DNA of 64,000 nt, taken from contig NC_068983.1 in the NCBI RefSeq assembly GCF_001194135.2, positions 53,156,280 through 53,220,279 of the forward strand, read 5' to 3'. Origin of the DNA: Octopus bimaculoides (taxonomy: Eukaryota). Within the stretch, counting starts at the first letter, position 1, and every line of letters begins with the position of its first letter. The notes beneath the pieces were generated by a model. The model made no database searches. It saw only the letters and a list, made by a program, of their open reading frames with translations, and had not been told where the DNA came from. Below, one piece after another: positions 51,630 through 64,000 of the stretch. The translations under genes and the position numbers were made by a program.

Positions 51630-51754
51630 ACATATTTGAATATTTAATGTATATATCTATATACAGGGTACAGTGAATAAACTGTCGTCTAATTTATGCA
51701 GAAATGAAAATAACACTGACATCTTATTTTAACAGCTCTATTTACTAAAATTAC

Positions 51755-54700
51755 TGGTGTGATGAAATTTATAATGCCCTCTTGTGAGAGACAGACTGGT
51801 CCAAGTATAGTATAAATAGTAACGATCTGAGTGAGTTCAACATTCTGAGTTTGCAGTTGATTGAAGTTCATGTTAGTTCATAGTGAAGTCAGAAGGTATC
51901 AGTTGGTTAGTTCAGAAGGAATATTGATTGTTGGTCTGCAAAGTGATTTGTTAGTTCATTACATTATTTTTACTGTTGTCTGGTTATCTTATTTATTGGC
52001 AATGAGGGTTTCGAAACTCATGTAGGTTATTCAACAATTTGTTCATTATACAGCTTGTTAAATAATGGAAGATCTATTAACTTCTGTGGTACAGTTGCAA
52101 AAGCAACAGCCAGAGTAGCAACAGGAGTTGCAGAAGCAAATATTACAGCAACAACAACAATTATTGGAGCTACATTCAAAGAAGTCCAAAAAATGAGGCA
52201 AGTTCATTTTCACCAGATGGTGTTTCAAACTAGATTAATGAATTCAGTTATAACCCAGAGCAGGGTATAACTTTTGCATCATACTACAGCAGGTACGAGG
52301 AGATTTTTAAACAAGATTGCAGATCACGGTCAGATGAACAAAAAGTGAGATTGTTATTGTGAAAATTAGCTCCATTAGAGCATGAATGTTACCGTAATTT
52401 CATATTGCCCAAAAAACCCAATGAAATTTGTTTTAAAGAAACAATAGAATTACTGTCTAACATATTTGGCGATAAAACTTCTCTATTTAACACTCAAAAG
52501 GAGTGTCAGAATATAACAGAAAAGAGAATGATGAATTTATCTCATATACAGGAACAGTCAAAAGGATGACATAAAGTGAAATGTGGACTAACGTCACATT
52601 TTGAGGGAAAACATGCATGGCAAAAGTCTTCATCACTAACAATGCAACTGACCTGTTTGGTACCGATTGGTTAGGATTATTTGATTTATGGGACCTCCCC
52701 ATAAATCTCTGTTGTAAAAGCATAAATGGTTGTACTTCTAAAAATAATTTGTCTGAAGAGGTAAAGAGAAATTTTTTTAAAATTCTTCCACAAGTACTCT
52801 CAGACAAACTAGGTCTGTGCACAAAGACTGAAGCATGTTTTGAATTAGATGATAATGCTGCACTTGTGTTGAAGTCTAATAGGAAAGTGCCTTTTGAGGC
52901 AATAAGGTAAGTGGACAATGAGTTGGACAGAATGGAAAAAGAAACAGAATCATTGAAAAAGTGGATTACGTGAAATGGACAGCTCCGACTATGTATAAAA
53001 AAGAAATATAACAAAATTAGGTTGTGTGCCAATCTTTTGACCAGTTTAAATGACTGTTTAAAAATGAACCATTATCCACTACCAGAAGATATTTTTACAA
53101 AACTAAACAGAGGAGAAATATTTCCAAGACTCGATTTGTCTGATGATATCTACAAATCAAATTAGATAAAAAGTGCTCAAAGCTGTTAAAAGTCACCATG
53201 CACAGATGTCTACACAAATACAATATACTACCTTTTGGACTGAAGGTAGCACCTGCAATATTTCAACAGGTGATGGACACGATGTTGGCAGACTGTCAAT
53301 TTGTTATTCCTTACCTTGATGATGTGTTAATCAAAAGCGAATTGCGGAATGAGCATATCAAACATGAGAAGGGTGTCTTTACAAAAATTAAGTATTATGG
53401 TTTCATACTCAGCGAAGGGAAGTGTAAAATTGTTTTTCCTAAAATCAAATACCTGGTAAAAATGGAAGATGTCTTGACTCGTCGAGGGCACAATAAAAAA
53501 TATGCCTCCTCCAAAGAATATACCAGCATTACAAGTTTCCCTTGGCCTAGTAAATTACTATCAACAGTACATTCCAAATGTACATAGATTAAACAATTTA
53601 CTAAAAAAAAGAAGTAAAATAGAATTGGTTGGAAGAGATAAAGAAAATACTAATTTCTGACTTGTCACCAGCACATTTCGATTCTAGAATGGACATTGTT
53701 GTAGCATCTGATGCTTCAAAGTATGGAATAGGAGTGGTCTTGCTACACAAATATACTTCATGTTCGCTGATAGCTGTGGCAAAAAAAGTATAGCAGATAC
53801 AGAAGGAGGCTCTATCGGTTATTTTTGCAGTAAAAAAGTTTCACAAATTTCTACATGGCAGAAGTTTTTTTATTACAAACTGACCATCGGCTATTACTGT
53901 CATACAGCACACCAACAACAATGCTGGTGCACATTATTGTTGAACTACAGCTTTAAGATGCAATATATTCCATCGAAGAAAATTAGTCATGCAGTCTGCA
54001 TATTGAGGCTAATTTCCAAGAGTGAGGAATTGCTAGAAGAGACCGTGATAGCACCATTACAGTCAGAAAATTAAGAAATATTGTGTATAGTATAATCCAG
54101 GAACTACTGTTGACAGTGCATGATATAAAAATGAAATCCATAGAGGATAGTTACATTACAAGAATGAAAGCAACATAAAATACAAATTCAAATAATTTCT
54201 CACTGTGCAATGTCTTAATGTACACGCAATGAGAAGTAGTACCAAGTGCACTAAAGAAATGAGTATTGCAACAATTCTACTGTTGGCACCCAGGAATGTC
54301 CAGAATGAAAGTTTTATATTGGCCAACTATGGACAGGGACTTTGAGAAATTGGTGAAAGCATGTAGAGGTTGCATGTTGACAACCAAAGCACTGCCAGTA
54401 AAATACCAATTGTGGCTGGAGACTGAGAGCCCATGGTCCAGGATACATATTAACTATGCTGGACCAGTGAATGGTGCATACTATCTAATCATTGTGGATA
54501 GCTATACAAAGTGGCCAAAGGTATGCAGATGTAATAAACCCACTGCAAAGACAACAATAAAGTTCCTGCTCAAGTTATTTTCTCAATACAGTGTTCCAGA
54601 CACATTAGTTTCAGATAATGGAACACAATTCACAGGATATGAATTAAGAAATTTCTGCAAAATACATTCCATAAAGCACATCTTTACCCCATCCTACTAC

Positions 54701-55597
54701 CCAAGGTCAAAAGGGCAGGTGAAAAGTTTTGTCAACACATTCAAAAGAGTTCTAAGAAAAGAGTTCTAAGAAAAGCTAGGAACGAGCTAGTTAATGACAA
54801 GGCACTAACAAAATTTTTGAGTGTATATAGAATAACGCCAAATCCAAATACTAATTAAGATATGCTACCGACAGAGTTAATGTTCTCATGTAAAATAAAA
54901 TTGATCTTTGATAAATTACTGCCAGGATAAAATACATATAGAGGAAAGACAAGAAATATATTTGAAGGAAATACAAGAAATATTGCAAAACATTTCAAAG
55001 TAGGAGATAAAATTGATTTTAAAAATTACCAAAATGGTAAAGAAAGTTGGGAAGATGGCTGTGTAATCAAAAGATTAAGTAACATGAGGTATTTAATTAA
55101 AGGACAACGTTTGGAACATAAGAGACACCTTAACCAGTTAAAGATGAGAAATACAGAAAAATGAAGAGTTATACCAACGGAAGTCTTCTATGATATGTTT
55201 GAAGTGCCAGCACCAAGAGATATTAAACCCCGTACAACTAGCTTCAGGAAGGAGAGGTGCTAGAAAGAAAGAAAATAAAAATGAAAGAAATTCCACTTTC
55301 TCACAGTAGTCAAAATCTCTAAAGAGAAGATGTTGTCATGAGAGTTACGATTCTCTCTTGTGAGAGACAGACTGGTCTGAGTAAAGTATAAATAGTAATG
55401 ATCCGAGTGAGTTCAACGTTCAGGGTTTGGAGTCGAGTGAAGTATGTGTTAGTTTGCAGTGAAGTCAGAATGTATTGGCTGGTTAGTTCATAGGAATATT
55501 GATTGTTGGTTCATAAAGACATTTGTTAGTTTGTAACATTGTTTTAGCTGTTGTCTGGTTATTTTATTTATTGTTTGTAACAAATTACGTTACAACA
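51755..55597 (+). mobile_element. Degenerate Ty3/gypsy LTR retrotransposon with both LTRs and 5-bp TSD (ATTAC)
   Basis: 5' LTR 51755-~51996 (TG...), PBS-like tggcaatgagg at 51997, polypurine tract before the 3' LTR 55331-55597 (...CA). attac at 51750-51754 and 55598-55602. Confidence 0.92.
52200..55160 (+). pseudogene. Frameshifted gag-pol of the gypsy element (gag N-terminus, RT, RNase H, integrase)
   Basis: Gag-like ..LPKKPNEICFKETIELLSNIFGDKTSLFN; RT LPFGLKVAPAIFQQVMDTML..YLDD; RNaseH VVASDASKYGIG; integrase HPGMSRMK..YWP..CRGC..PWSRIHINYAGP..IVDSYTKWP..VSDNGTQFT. Many stops; apparent deletion between gag and protease near 52565. Confidence 0.9.
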
Positions 55598-56644
55598 ATT
55601 ACATAAAAATATCTTGAAATACTAAAAAGTAAATTTATTCAATGAAATCGCCATTGGCTTCAACCTCAAACTCCAGATGACTTCGGAATCTCCTGCAACT
55701 CTCCTGGATGGTCTACTTGTTTAAGCTGGTGAATGCTACCATAATCCTTGCCTTCAGTTCATCTTTGGTTTTACAAGGAGTTTTGTTAGTCCCTCACTCA
55801 ACTGAACCCCGCAATAATCAAGGGGGTTGCAGAGTGGGGAGTTAGATGGCCAGATGTTAGGGGGCTATGTGGCCACAGAAATCGTCTGACAGCTATACCT
55901 GGGTTCTCCTGTTTGTATGGCACGATGCAGAGTCCATGATATAGGTTCTTCTAGACATAGAGTCTTCCAGCAGCCACCGTCTTCACCCAGGGCAGCACTA
56001 TCTCCTCCAGGCATTTGATGTAGGCCTCCATGTTGAGTTGAGGCTGTGTGGGAAGATGAACAGAGGCATAACGTTGCCATCATAAGTGATCACTCACTCA
56101 AGCTTTAACATAGTAACTAGAGTTACATATAGTTGAAATAAACACAAGAAGCAAGTTATTGATATTCTGAGTCTTTTATTACATATATGTTTCAATAATC
56201 TTTCACTGATCATATTTATCAGATGAAAGATATGGAAATATAAACAGATGGAAATGATTGTCCTCATATATATATATATATATCACAGAATCAAGCTTGA
56301 ACAAAATACAAATGTGTTACTCACAGTTTCCTGGGCAGAAAGTATAACAGATATACTGTATGTACCAAAATATACCTGTGTGTTAGTGTTGTATATATTT
56401 CACCTTCCAACTCATCAAATGTAATAAGCTCTAGATCTGTGCATGCTTAATTGCTATCTCTGTCAACATCTGTATTTCACTAATGTTTTCTGCCTCCCAC
56501 CACACTGCTTGAGTGAGAGGGATCATGTTGGATCTGTTAATATCCATTGTACTCATTCTTTTGCACCTGTACTTTTTCACCTATGCTTCCTCTGTCTCTT
56601 AGGTTACTTCTATATTGGCATTCATCACTCTTGCATGCTGCATT

Positions 56645-56724
56645 CACAGAGATCCATCTCTCTCTCACACACACACACACACACATACTCACAAACAAAT
56701 ACTTTCTCCCCCCCCCCTCTCTCC

Positions 56725-56757
<33 letters not shown>

Positions 56758-56848
56758 TCTCCAGCATTTAATATATTTCACACCTTTTATCATGATACTT
56801 CATTATTGAGAGATTGCAATGAAACTGTTGGCAACTTATTCCTGCCCC

Positions 56849-56918
<70 letters not shown>

Positions 56919-56965
56919 CCCTCTCTCTCTCTCTCTCTCTCTCTCCCTCCCTCTCTCTCTCTCAT
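56645..56965. repeat. Compound (CA)n/(CT)n microsatellites
   Basis: Directly visible. Confidence 0.97.
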
Positions 56966-57989
56966 CTATGCAATATATATCTACCTTTTGTGTTCTCTCT
57001 ATCACAATGCTATGCTAATGAAAGATTCCATCTGATATTGCCCCAGCTTCCACTCAATTTCAGTCAGGTATCCATCATTGTCTTTCCATTGTCATTTCAG
57101 GAACTCATAACTCTTGTCCTTTCACACTTTCTAACATTATTGTTTTCTATTACTTCTGCTCACCGTGAGATCCAACACACTTTTACCACTGAACATTTTA
57201 TAAATTATCCGTCACTCCCCTTTCCCATTCCTCATCATTGTGACTGTTTCATTACACTGTACCAACACAGTACCCTCTATTCAATTTCTGCTTCTAACTT
57301 TCTCTCATTCTCTTTTTCCAACTGTCATCTCAATCATGCTGTTTTCCCTTCATATACATGCTTCATACACCCTTCCATTCTAATTCTTCTTTTGCAATCC
57401 CTGTCTTCTACCCATTTTTTTTTTATTCACATTGCCTTTCACAAATGGAGACAACGTAGAATAATAAGCACCTCTTGGTGTTTTGTAAGGTGCATGGCAA
57501 CAACAGTTATGCTGTTGACATGACAGAATACACCCAGTATGTTTTGTAAAGTAGTTGGTAAATGAGTTGAGGTAATGTAGGTTTGAGATGGCCCTTAATT
57601 TTTTTTTCTTTTTGCTGAGGACATGATAATCTCTACAGTGCTGGTGCTATGATAAATGCACACAGTAGATTCAGTAAAGTGGTTGGCATAAGAGTAGAGG
57701 GAATGTAGAGAGAAGACTTGTAGTCATACCATATTGTAGACATAATGATCTTATCATGGTACTGTGATTAAAATGCACCCTATAATGTGGTTGATGATAG
57801 GAAAGACATCCAGCATAGAAACCAGTGCGATATATTTTCCCAACTCATCTAGGAGGGAAAATAACCCCAAATAAAAGCTAACCCAGACTATGTTGAAACA
57901 TCTACCCCATGCATGAACAAAAAACTGGATGTAAAATGATGACAAGGATGATGATGATAATGTAAACTTGGCTTGGATTTTTGTGTTGT

Positions 57990-58330
57990 CACGTGTTTTA
58001 TTCTAAAATTGGTGCAAATTTTAAAAAATGAGACTGCTTAGGGAATCATGTGATGAAATAATCAAAGTCAAACCACAATGTTCTACTTTTGCTGCAAATT
58101 TTCATAGAATTTTATTTTATGTTTGTAACCTATTTTTTAGACATAAAGAGATTCATAAACTAACTTGGATGCACCTTGGCCCCAAGAAATGGTAATATGA
58201 TTATGTTCAAATTACAAGAAAAGATCTGAGTGATGTGAGAGATAAAATAAACTGAAGGTCAAATTAAGGGCCAAATCAAATTAAAATTTCATTGCATAAA
58301 AAGTTTTGATGTTACAAGCTTATTGAAAAA
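57990..58330 (+). mobile_element. Decayed LINE endonuclease fragment (RTE/L2-like)
   Basis: VCNLFFRHKEIHKLTWMHLGPKKW*YDYVQITRKDLSDVRD matches the APE motif 'N.FF.HK..HK.TW.HP....W..IDY'. Confidence 0.6.
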
Positions 58331-59423
58331 TCTGTCAGGCTATATTCAGAGCAAGGATTTAAATTCATTGGCGGATACTTCCAAATGGGATGTCTTTAAA
58401 AAATGTTTACCAAATTTCAAAAGAAGTACCCAGGTTTACAAAATCCAAACTCAAGGACTGCTTTGAGGATGATAATAAGCATATACCAACTTTACTGCCC
58501 TAACAAACAGGCCTACATAAACAACACAGTCAAAATAAAAATCTGTTTGATACAATATAAAATGGATTTGTCTGTTTTGTTGTAAGACATGTTAATCGGT
58601 TGAAATATTTTCTGTAAAAATGGCTATGCCAAATTTTAAATATACCATGGAGAGACAATGTGAACAATGCTCTAAGCATAGAAGCTGTTTTGCAATGTAA
58701 CAAGCTGAGATTGGCAATTTTTGTAGTCTTATATGCGATGGGAGAATTCCATAGCTTCTACTGTATGGAGAACTATTTTCTAGGAAAAGGTCTTGTTAAA
58801 ATGCAAAGATGAATTACAAGGACTGCTCCAAATTGGATATGAAGTGTAGTATTCATGGGCAATGTTGGGAATACTTTGCACTTGATAATGCATCATTGAA
58901 AGAAAATGTAGTGAATCATCCATACGTTTCAAAGATAATCACAATAAATATTCATCATTAAATCTGGTAAGAGGAAACCACAGAGAGAGTGAGAGTAATA
59001 ATCTCTTTAAACGTTTGCCCTATTCCTGAGTTTCTCTAACATTGATCTTGTTAACTGCTCAAAGGTACATGAATCAGTGTATGCTTGGAAATTTTTGCCA
59101 CTTGAAAGAATATACGCTTAACAATCAAGCTATAAATGGTCTTATAATCAGTGAGCTAAAAAGTCACGTCTGTACACAATACCAAATGTTATAATTCTGC
59201 ACTGTGTTTCAATGAGAAAAGACTTTTATGTTGTAACTATACTAAAAAGTACATTATCATCAGCTGAACTAAAATGCCATCACGTCTTTATTTTGCAGCT
59301 GATTAGCAAGCACTAGTCTTACCCAATATTGGTTTCAATTTCGTCACATATTATGTATATGTTTGCATGTATGTACATGTGTGTATGTGTTTGTCATATT
59401 TATCTATACACAAATATGTTATT

Positions 59424-59469
<46 letters not shown>

Positions 59470-59526
59470 ATATTTATCTGTATACAAATATTTTATGTTA
59501 TATGTTTGTGTGTGTATGTGTGTGTA

Positions 59527-60415
59527 CAGGGTGCAGTGAATAAACTGTTGTCTAAATTACGCAAAAATGAAAATAACACTGACATCTCATTTTAAAAGAT
59601 ATATTTACCAAAATTGCATAAAAATATCTTGAAATGCTCAAAAGTAGATTTATTCAATAATATCGCCATTGGCTTCAACCACAGCTCCAGATGATTTCGG
59701 AATCTCCTGCAACTCATCTGGATGGTCTCCTTGTTTAAGTTGGTGGGTGTTGCCATAATCTTTGCCTTCAGTACATCTTTGGTGTTACAAAGAGTTTTGT
59801 TGATCTCTCACTCAACTGTGCTCCACACATATAATAATCATGGGGGTTGCAGAGTGGGGAGTTAAGTGGTCAGATATTAGGGGTGATGTGGTCGCATAAA
59901 TTGTCTGACATCCATGACTGGGTTCACCTGATTGTGTGGCATGTTACAGAGCCTTGTTGCCAAACATATGGCCCTTTAACAACCACCCTCTTGACCCAGG
60001 GCAGCACTACCTCCTCCAGACACTTGATGTAGGCCTCCATGTTGAGTCTCAGGCTGTGTGGGAAGGCAAATGGAGGCATAACATCACCATCACTAGTGAT
60101 CACTCCAAACCCCATGTTGTTGACTGGATGTTTGATTTTTATCACTCTCAGTACATATCCTGAGATTGCACTGTCCTCAGATTGACACCCAAACACTCTG
60201 AAATGTTCATATTGGAGCTTCTGGTGCGAATGCCAAGCAGTACAGCATGTCGTTTCCAAATTTCTGGCAGAGTGATTTGTGTTATGGTGCTGTTTTGTCA
60301 CTGACGGTGCCCAACTGACCCTACTATACTGTGTAGTCAACAAAATCAAAAACAAACAATACACATACGCGAAACTAAAAGTATAAAATGGCAGCAGCTT
60401 ACCCATTGCACCCTG
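59527..60415 (-). mobile_element. DD37D (maT)-type Tc1/mariner element, both TIRs, internally shortened, inactive transposase
   Basis: TA|CAGGGTGCAGTGAATAAACTG ... CAGCTTACCCATTGCACCCTG|TA. Minus strand WQQ(G)SVTCHT...NPHD has 37 residues between the second and third catalytic positions (second D changed to G; internal stops). Confidence 0.9.
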
Positions 60416-60771
60416 TATATATGTATGTATGTAGATATACATTATATGCATATACGTACTATATATTTACTCAAACACACATGCACACACACACAAATAC
60501 ATATATACTGTGTGTGTGTGTGTGAATATAGTGTCTTTGTAGTTAAATGTTGTGCAGCATCACGAGAACTTGATATTAACTAAATGATGAGATATCAGAA
60601 ATCATCTAATGTGTCTGAATAATATGACAGACAATAGACAATAAGAGTTTTGCTGATATTTCAAGTTTTAATACTTAAACATATTGACAGTCAAGGAGAT
60701 GTAGAAGATAGGCTTTTAAATAGATAGAGAGGCAGTAAGATAAATAAAGAGACAGAGATACAAATGAATTG

Positions 60772-60925
60772 ATAGAGGGGTAGGTAGGTAAGTAGGTAGA
60801 TAGGTAGTTAGTTAGTTAGGTAGGTAGGTAGGTAGGGAGGTACGTACGTACGTACATACGTAGCTAGGTAAGGCGGAAGAGAGGTAGGTAGTAGCTGGGT
60901 AGATTGGTAGTTAGGTAGGTAAGTA
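60772..60925. repeat. Compound tetranucleotide tract (TAGG/TAGT/TACG)
   Basis: Directly visible. Confidence 0.9.
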
Positions 60926-61392
60926 GGCAGAAAGATAGACATGTGGAGATTTGAATAGATGATTGGGTCAATAAGTAGATAGAAAAGAGGTTAGATTGAT
61001 TCTTTGAGAGTTCAGTTAAATTAAATAAACTAAACCAGCAAATAACAGTAAAGCTGGGTGTGCTGTAATTATCGGGTTGTGGGTGTAGTGATTGTGATAG
61101 CTTCTTCCATACTATAGTCAGCTTTTGAACACTGGACTGTGTGCATATCATCATCATCATTTAAGGTCCATTTTTCCATGCTTGCTTGGGTTAGAATTTA
61201 TCAAAGCAAATTTTCTTTGGCTTGATGGTCTTCCTGTCACCAACCTTCACCTGTTTCCAAGCAAAGTAATGTTTTTCTCATAGCTAGATATGTTTTCTCA
61301 GAAGATTGGAAACAAACAGCCTTGCTTATATGACAATAATGCACATTCACAACCATCATATAATACCCTGACGTGGGTATTATAACTCTCTC

Positions 61393-61474
<82 letters not shown>

Positions 61475-61940
61475 TAAACTCCTATCAGTTTCTGTCTACT
61501 AAATCCACTCACAAGGCTTTGGTTGGCCTACTACCTGGGAGTTGGACATTGTTTACAATGGGTACATTTTATGGATTTTCTACCAACCCCTCTTTCTCAT
61601 AAATGAGCCACAGCTATTTCCCTTATGCCCCTTCTTCCTTCCTACTATTTTTGCTTATGATATATTTACTTTAAAGCCCTTCAATTCCAGGTTTTGCTTC
61701 TATGTTTGGGATTTTTGCTTCAGTTCTTTAATTGCTTCTACTATAAGAGCCAAGTCCTCACAAAAGTTTCCTTGGACACCAGACTTAAATTACTCTGTTA
61801 TGACTTGAAGGTCTCTAATAAACAGGAGGAGACTAACAACTGAGTCTTGATGGACTCATGCCTGCACATTAAATTCATCATTGAACTCATTGGTAACTCT
61901 CACTATGCTGTTTGCCCTTCTGTACTTATCTTGTACAGTC

Positions 61941-62290
61941 ATCATCATCATTGTTTAACGTTCGCCTTCCATGCTAGCATGGTTTGGACGATTTGACTGG
62001 GGCCTGGCAAACCAGAAGGCTGCACCAGGCTCCAATCTGATCTGGCAGAGTTTCCACAGCTGGATGCCCTTCGTAACGCCAACCACTCCGAGAGTGTAGT
62101 GGGTGCTTTTACGTGCCACCAGCACGAAGGCCAGTCAGGCTGTACTGGCAATGGCCATGCTCAAAATGGTGTTTTTTATATGCCACCTGCACAAGAGGCA
62201 GTCCTCGCAATGACCTCGCTCAAATTTTTTTTTTTTCACCTGCCACCAGCACAAGTGCCAGTAAAGCGATGCTGGTAATGATCACGCTCA
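61941..62290 (-). mobile_element. RTE-type 3' tail element
   Basis: Reverse complement of the 16961-17176 family. Confidence 0.9.
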
Positions 62291-62449
62291 AATCGTGCTA
62301 TTTACATGCCAATTCATCAATTTTTAGGTTTGTTAGTGAATATCAGATTACAGAGCAAAGGACTCTACCAAAATCTTCTCCAGATCAATAAATGCTTGAT
62401 ATAAGGGCATACTTCTAGATATGTACTTTTTTTTGTATGTGTTCCACTA

Positions 62450-62780
62450 ATAATTTACCATCAGTGGTAGTTTTCCTGAGACAAAGCTGAACTACATTTC
62501 ATCAAAGCTAATCCTGTCCCTAATCAGTTTTGTCATAATGCTTTCTATAATTTTCATAACCTGATCCAACAGTTTAATGCTTTTACAGTTTCTGTTTTCT
62601 TATGCATTTTCTTTGCTCTTCTAGCAGTTATATGATAATACTGCAGACCCAGTCGTTGGCTTGAACATCTTCTATTGTATTGTTTGAATTATTTTTCGAT
62701 TGACTATCCTACACCATATTTCTCCAGGTAGTTTATGCCTCTTGGTGACTATCCTCAATGGTTTAGTTAATTTCCCTACA
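62450..62780 (-). mobile_element. Decayed RTE RT fragment
   Basis: NCKSIKLLDQVMKIIEK..LIRDRISFDEM*FSFVSGK.TTDG. Confidence 0.7.
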
Positions 62781-63055
62781 TTCACATTCCTAAATGCTGT
62801 CAACTAGATGAAAGATCCTTTTGTAGGGCTTATATGATGTAGGTGTTCCCCACACACTTTCCATATTCCACACTCTCTTCCTAGCCTGTTTCTTTCCAGT
62901 GCCAGTGAAAGCCAGTCTACTTTTATCATTCCATATATACTTCTTAATAAAATCTTGATTGCTGATTGTGTGTGTGTGTGAGAGAGAGAGACACAGAGAG
63001 AGGGTGAGCATTACATTTGTTATATATATATATATATATATATATATCAATTACA

Positions 63056-63990
63056 TCATCATCATCATCATTGTTTAATATCTGCCTTCCATGCTGGCAT
63101 AGGTGGGACAATTTGACAAGAGCCAGCCAAGCAGAAGCCTGCACCAGTCTGTTGAGGATGATTCAGTCAGCATAGGTGACTGGGAGATGAGAGATAGAGG
63201 ACTGAGTGATAAAAAGGTGCATGAGAAGGGAGATGAGGAATAGGTCGATGAAAGGGTAGTCATGAAGGGTCTGCAAATGTAGATTTAGCAGGGTACAAAA
63301 TATTTTAATCTCAAAACACTACCCTCTTACTACAGTACATTTTTCTGTGGGTAATTGAGTTTTCAGCATCACCACATATTAATAATCATTACAGTCTATT
63401 GCTGTCTCCTCTGTGAGATTCAGCCTTCACTAATATGTTCTAAATTCTCCTTAGTCTTCCTCTTCCACATTAATTTGGAGCAGTTTGCACTTCCTTATGC
63501 AACAGCCATCCTCCATGCACATCACATACCGACACCATCACAGCCTTCTTTCTTGTACACTGCACCTGATTTCTCTTATAGCCAGTATCCCTCTCAGCTC
63601 AGTTGTACTCTGGTATTCATGCACATCTAGTGGAACATGCTAGCTTCATTTCTTTCCAACCATCACACATCTTCTGCTTTCAAGGTCTACAACTCACTGC
63701 CATGGAGCATTGCAGCACTTTTTCCATAAGTGTCATATAATCTGTCCTTCACTCCAAAAGAAGGGATCTTAATTGCCTGGAGAGGCAATTCTACCTGAAC
63801 TTTTTCCAATGCAGTCTAACCCTGGGTACTTAACTTTCTGAATAGCTATTTCCTCTGCTAATTATGATACCTAGGTAACAGAAGCTATGAACTATTTCAA
63901 GTGACCTTTCCTTGCATATCAGAAAATTTATTTCTGGTATACTCTTAGTATGCATTGCTCCAGTGCATCTACCTCATACAAAGCATGTTG
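63056..63990 (-). mobile_element. Decayed RTE 3' region (ORF2 C-terminus plus separated tail at 63056-63155)
   Basis: Minus-strand remnants RVRLHWKKFR...IREIRCSVQERRL*WCRYVMCMED, and a (GAT)n tail. Confidence 0.7.
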
Positions 63991-64000
63991 TCTCCATTAA

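Larger units (their letters stand above)
51664..56096 (-). mobile_element. DD37D (maT)-type mariner remnant interrupted by a gypsy insertion (pieces 51664-51754 and 55598-56096)
   Basis: TA|CAGGGTACAGTGAATAAACTG TIR. The sequence resumes after the LTR element and aligns to 59527-60415. Minus-strand LNMEAYIKCLEEIVLPWVK..WPSNSPLCNPLDY..KTKDELKARIMVAF. Confidence 0.85.

Noticed and set aside
22282-59595. Many HT/CV/IY/RE/LS-repeat ORFs (e.g. 36828-37983, 27801-28070, 56443-57523)
   Set aside because: They are translations of dinucleotide microsatellites.
1-64000. CRISPR array, prokaryotic operon or defence system, rRNA genes
   Set aside because: No regularly spaced repeat-spacer array, no dense gene packing and no rRNA motifs; the window is intron- and repeat-rich animal DNA.

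Overview
AT-rich, repeat-dense animal (eukaryotic) genomic DNA with four assembly gaps. The repeat set (tRNA-headed CORE-type SINEs with internal microsatellites, RTE-LINE 3' tails ending in (GAT)n, Penelope remnants, (CA)/(TA) tracts) looks like an Octopus/coleoid cephalopod scaffold; this is inferred from pattern recognition, not from a search. There is no bacterial operon, CRISPR array or rRNA. Most ORFs in the supplied track are artefacts of microsatellites or N-runs. Supportable content: (1) a phase-consistent chain of four small + strand exons (2040-13560) from an unidentified host gene; (2) many decayed transposons: RTE, CR1/L2 and Penelope remnants, a Ty3/gypsy LTR element (5-bp TSD) nested in a DD37D (maT) mariner, a second maT copy, Tigger/pogo remnants, Helitron pieces, MITEs and several SINE families; (3) most notably, several minimal type-I hammerhead ribozyme motifs of the kind associated with Penelope-like elements. 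One lies in a TSD-flanked, near-perfect ~190-bp inverted duplication in which a tRNA-derived head is fused to the hammerhead body (32741-33223).
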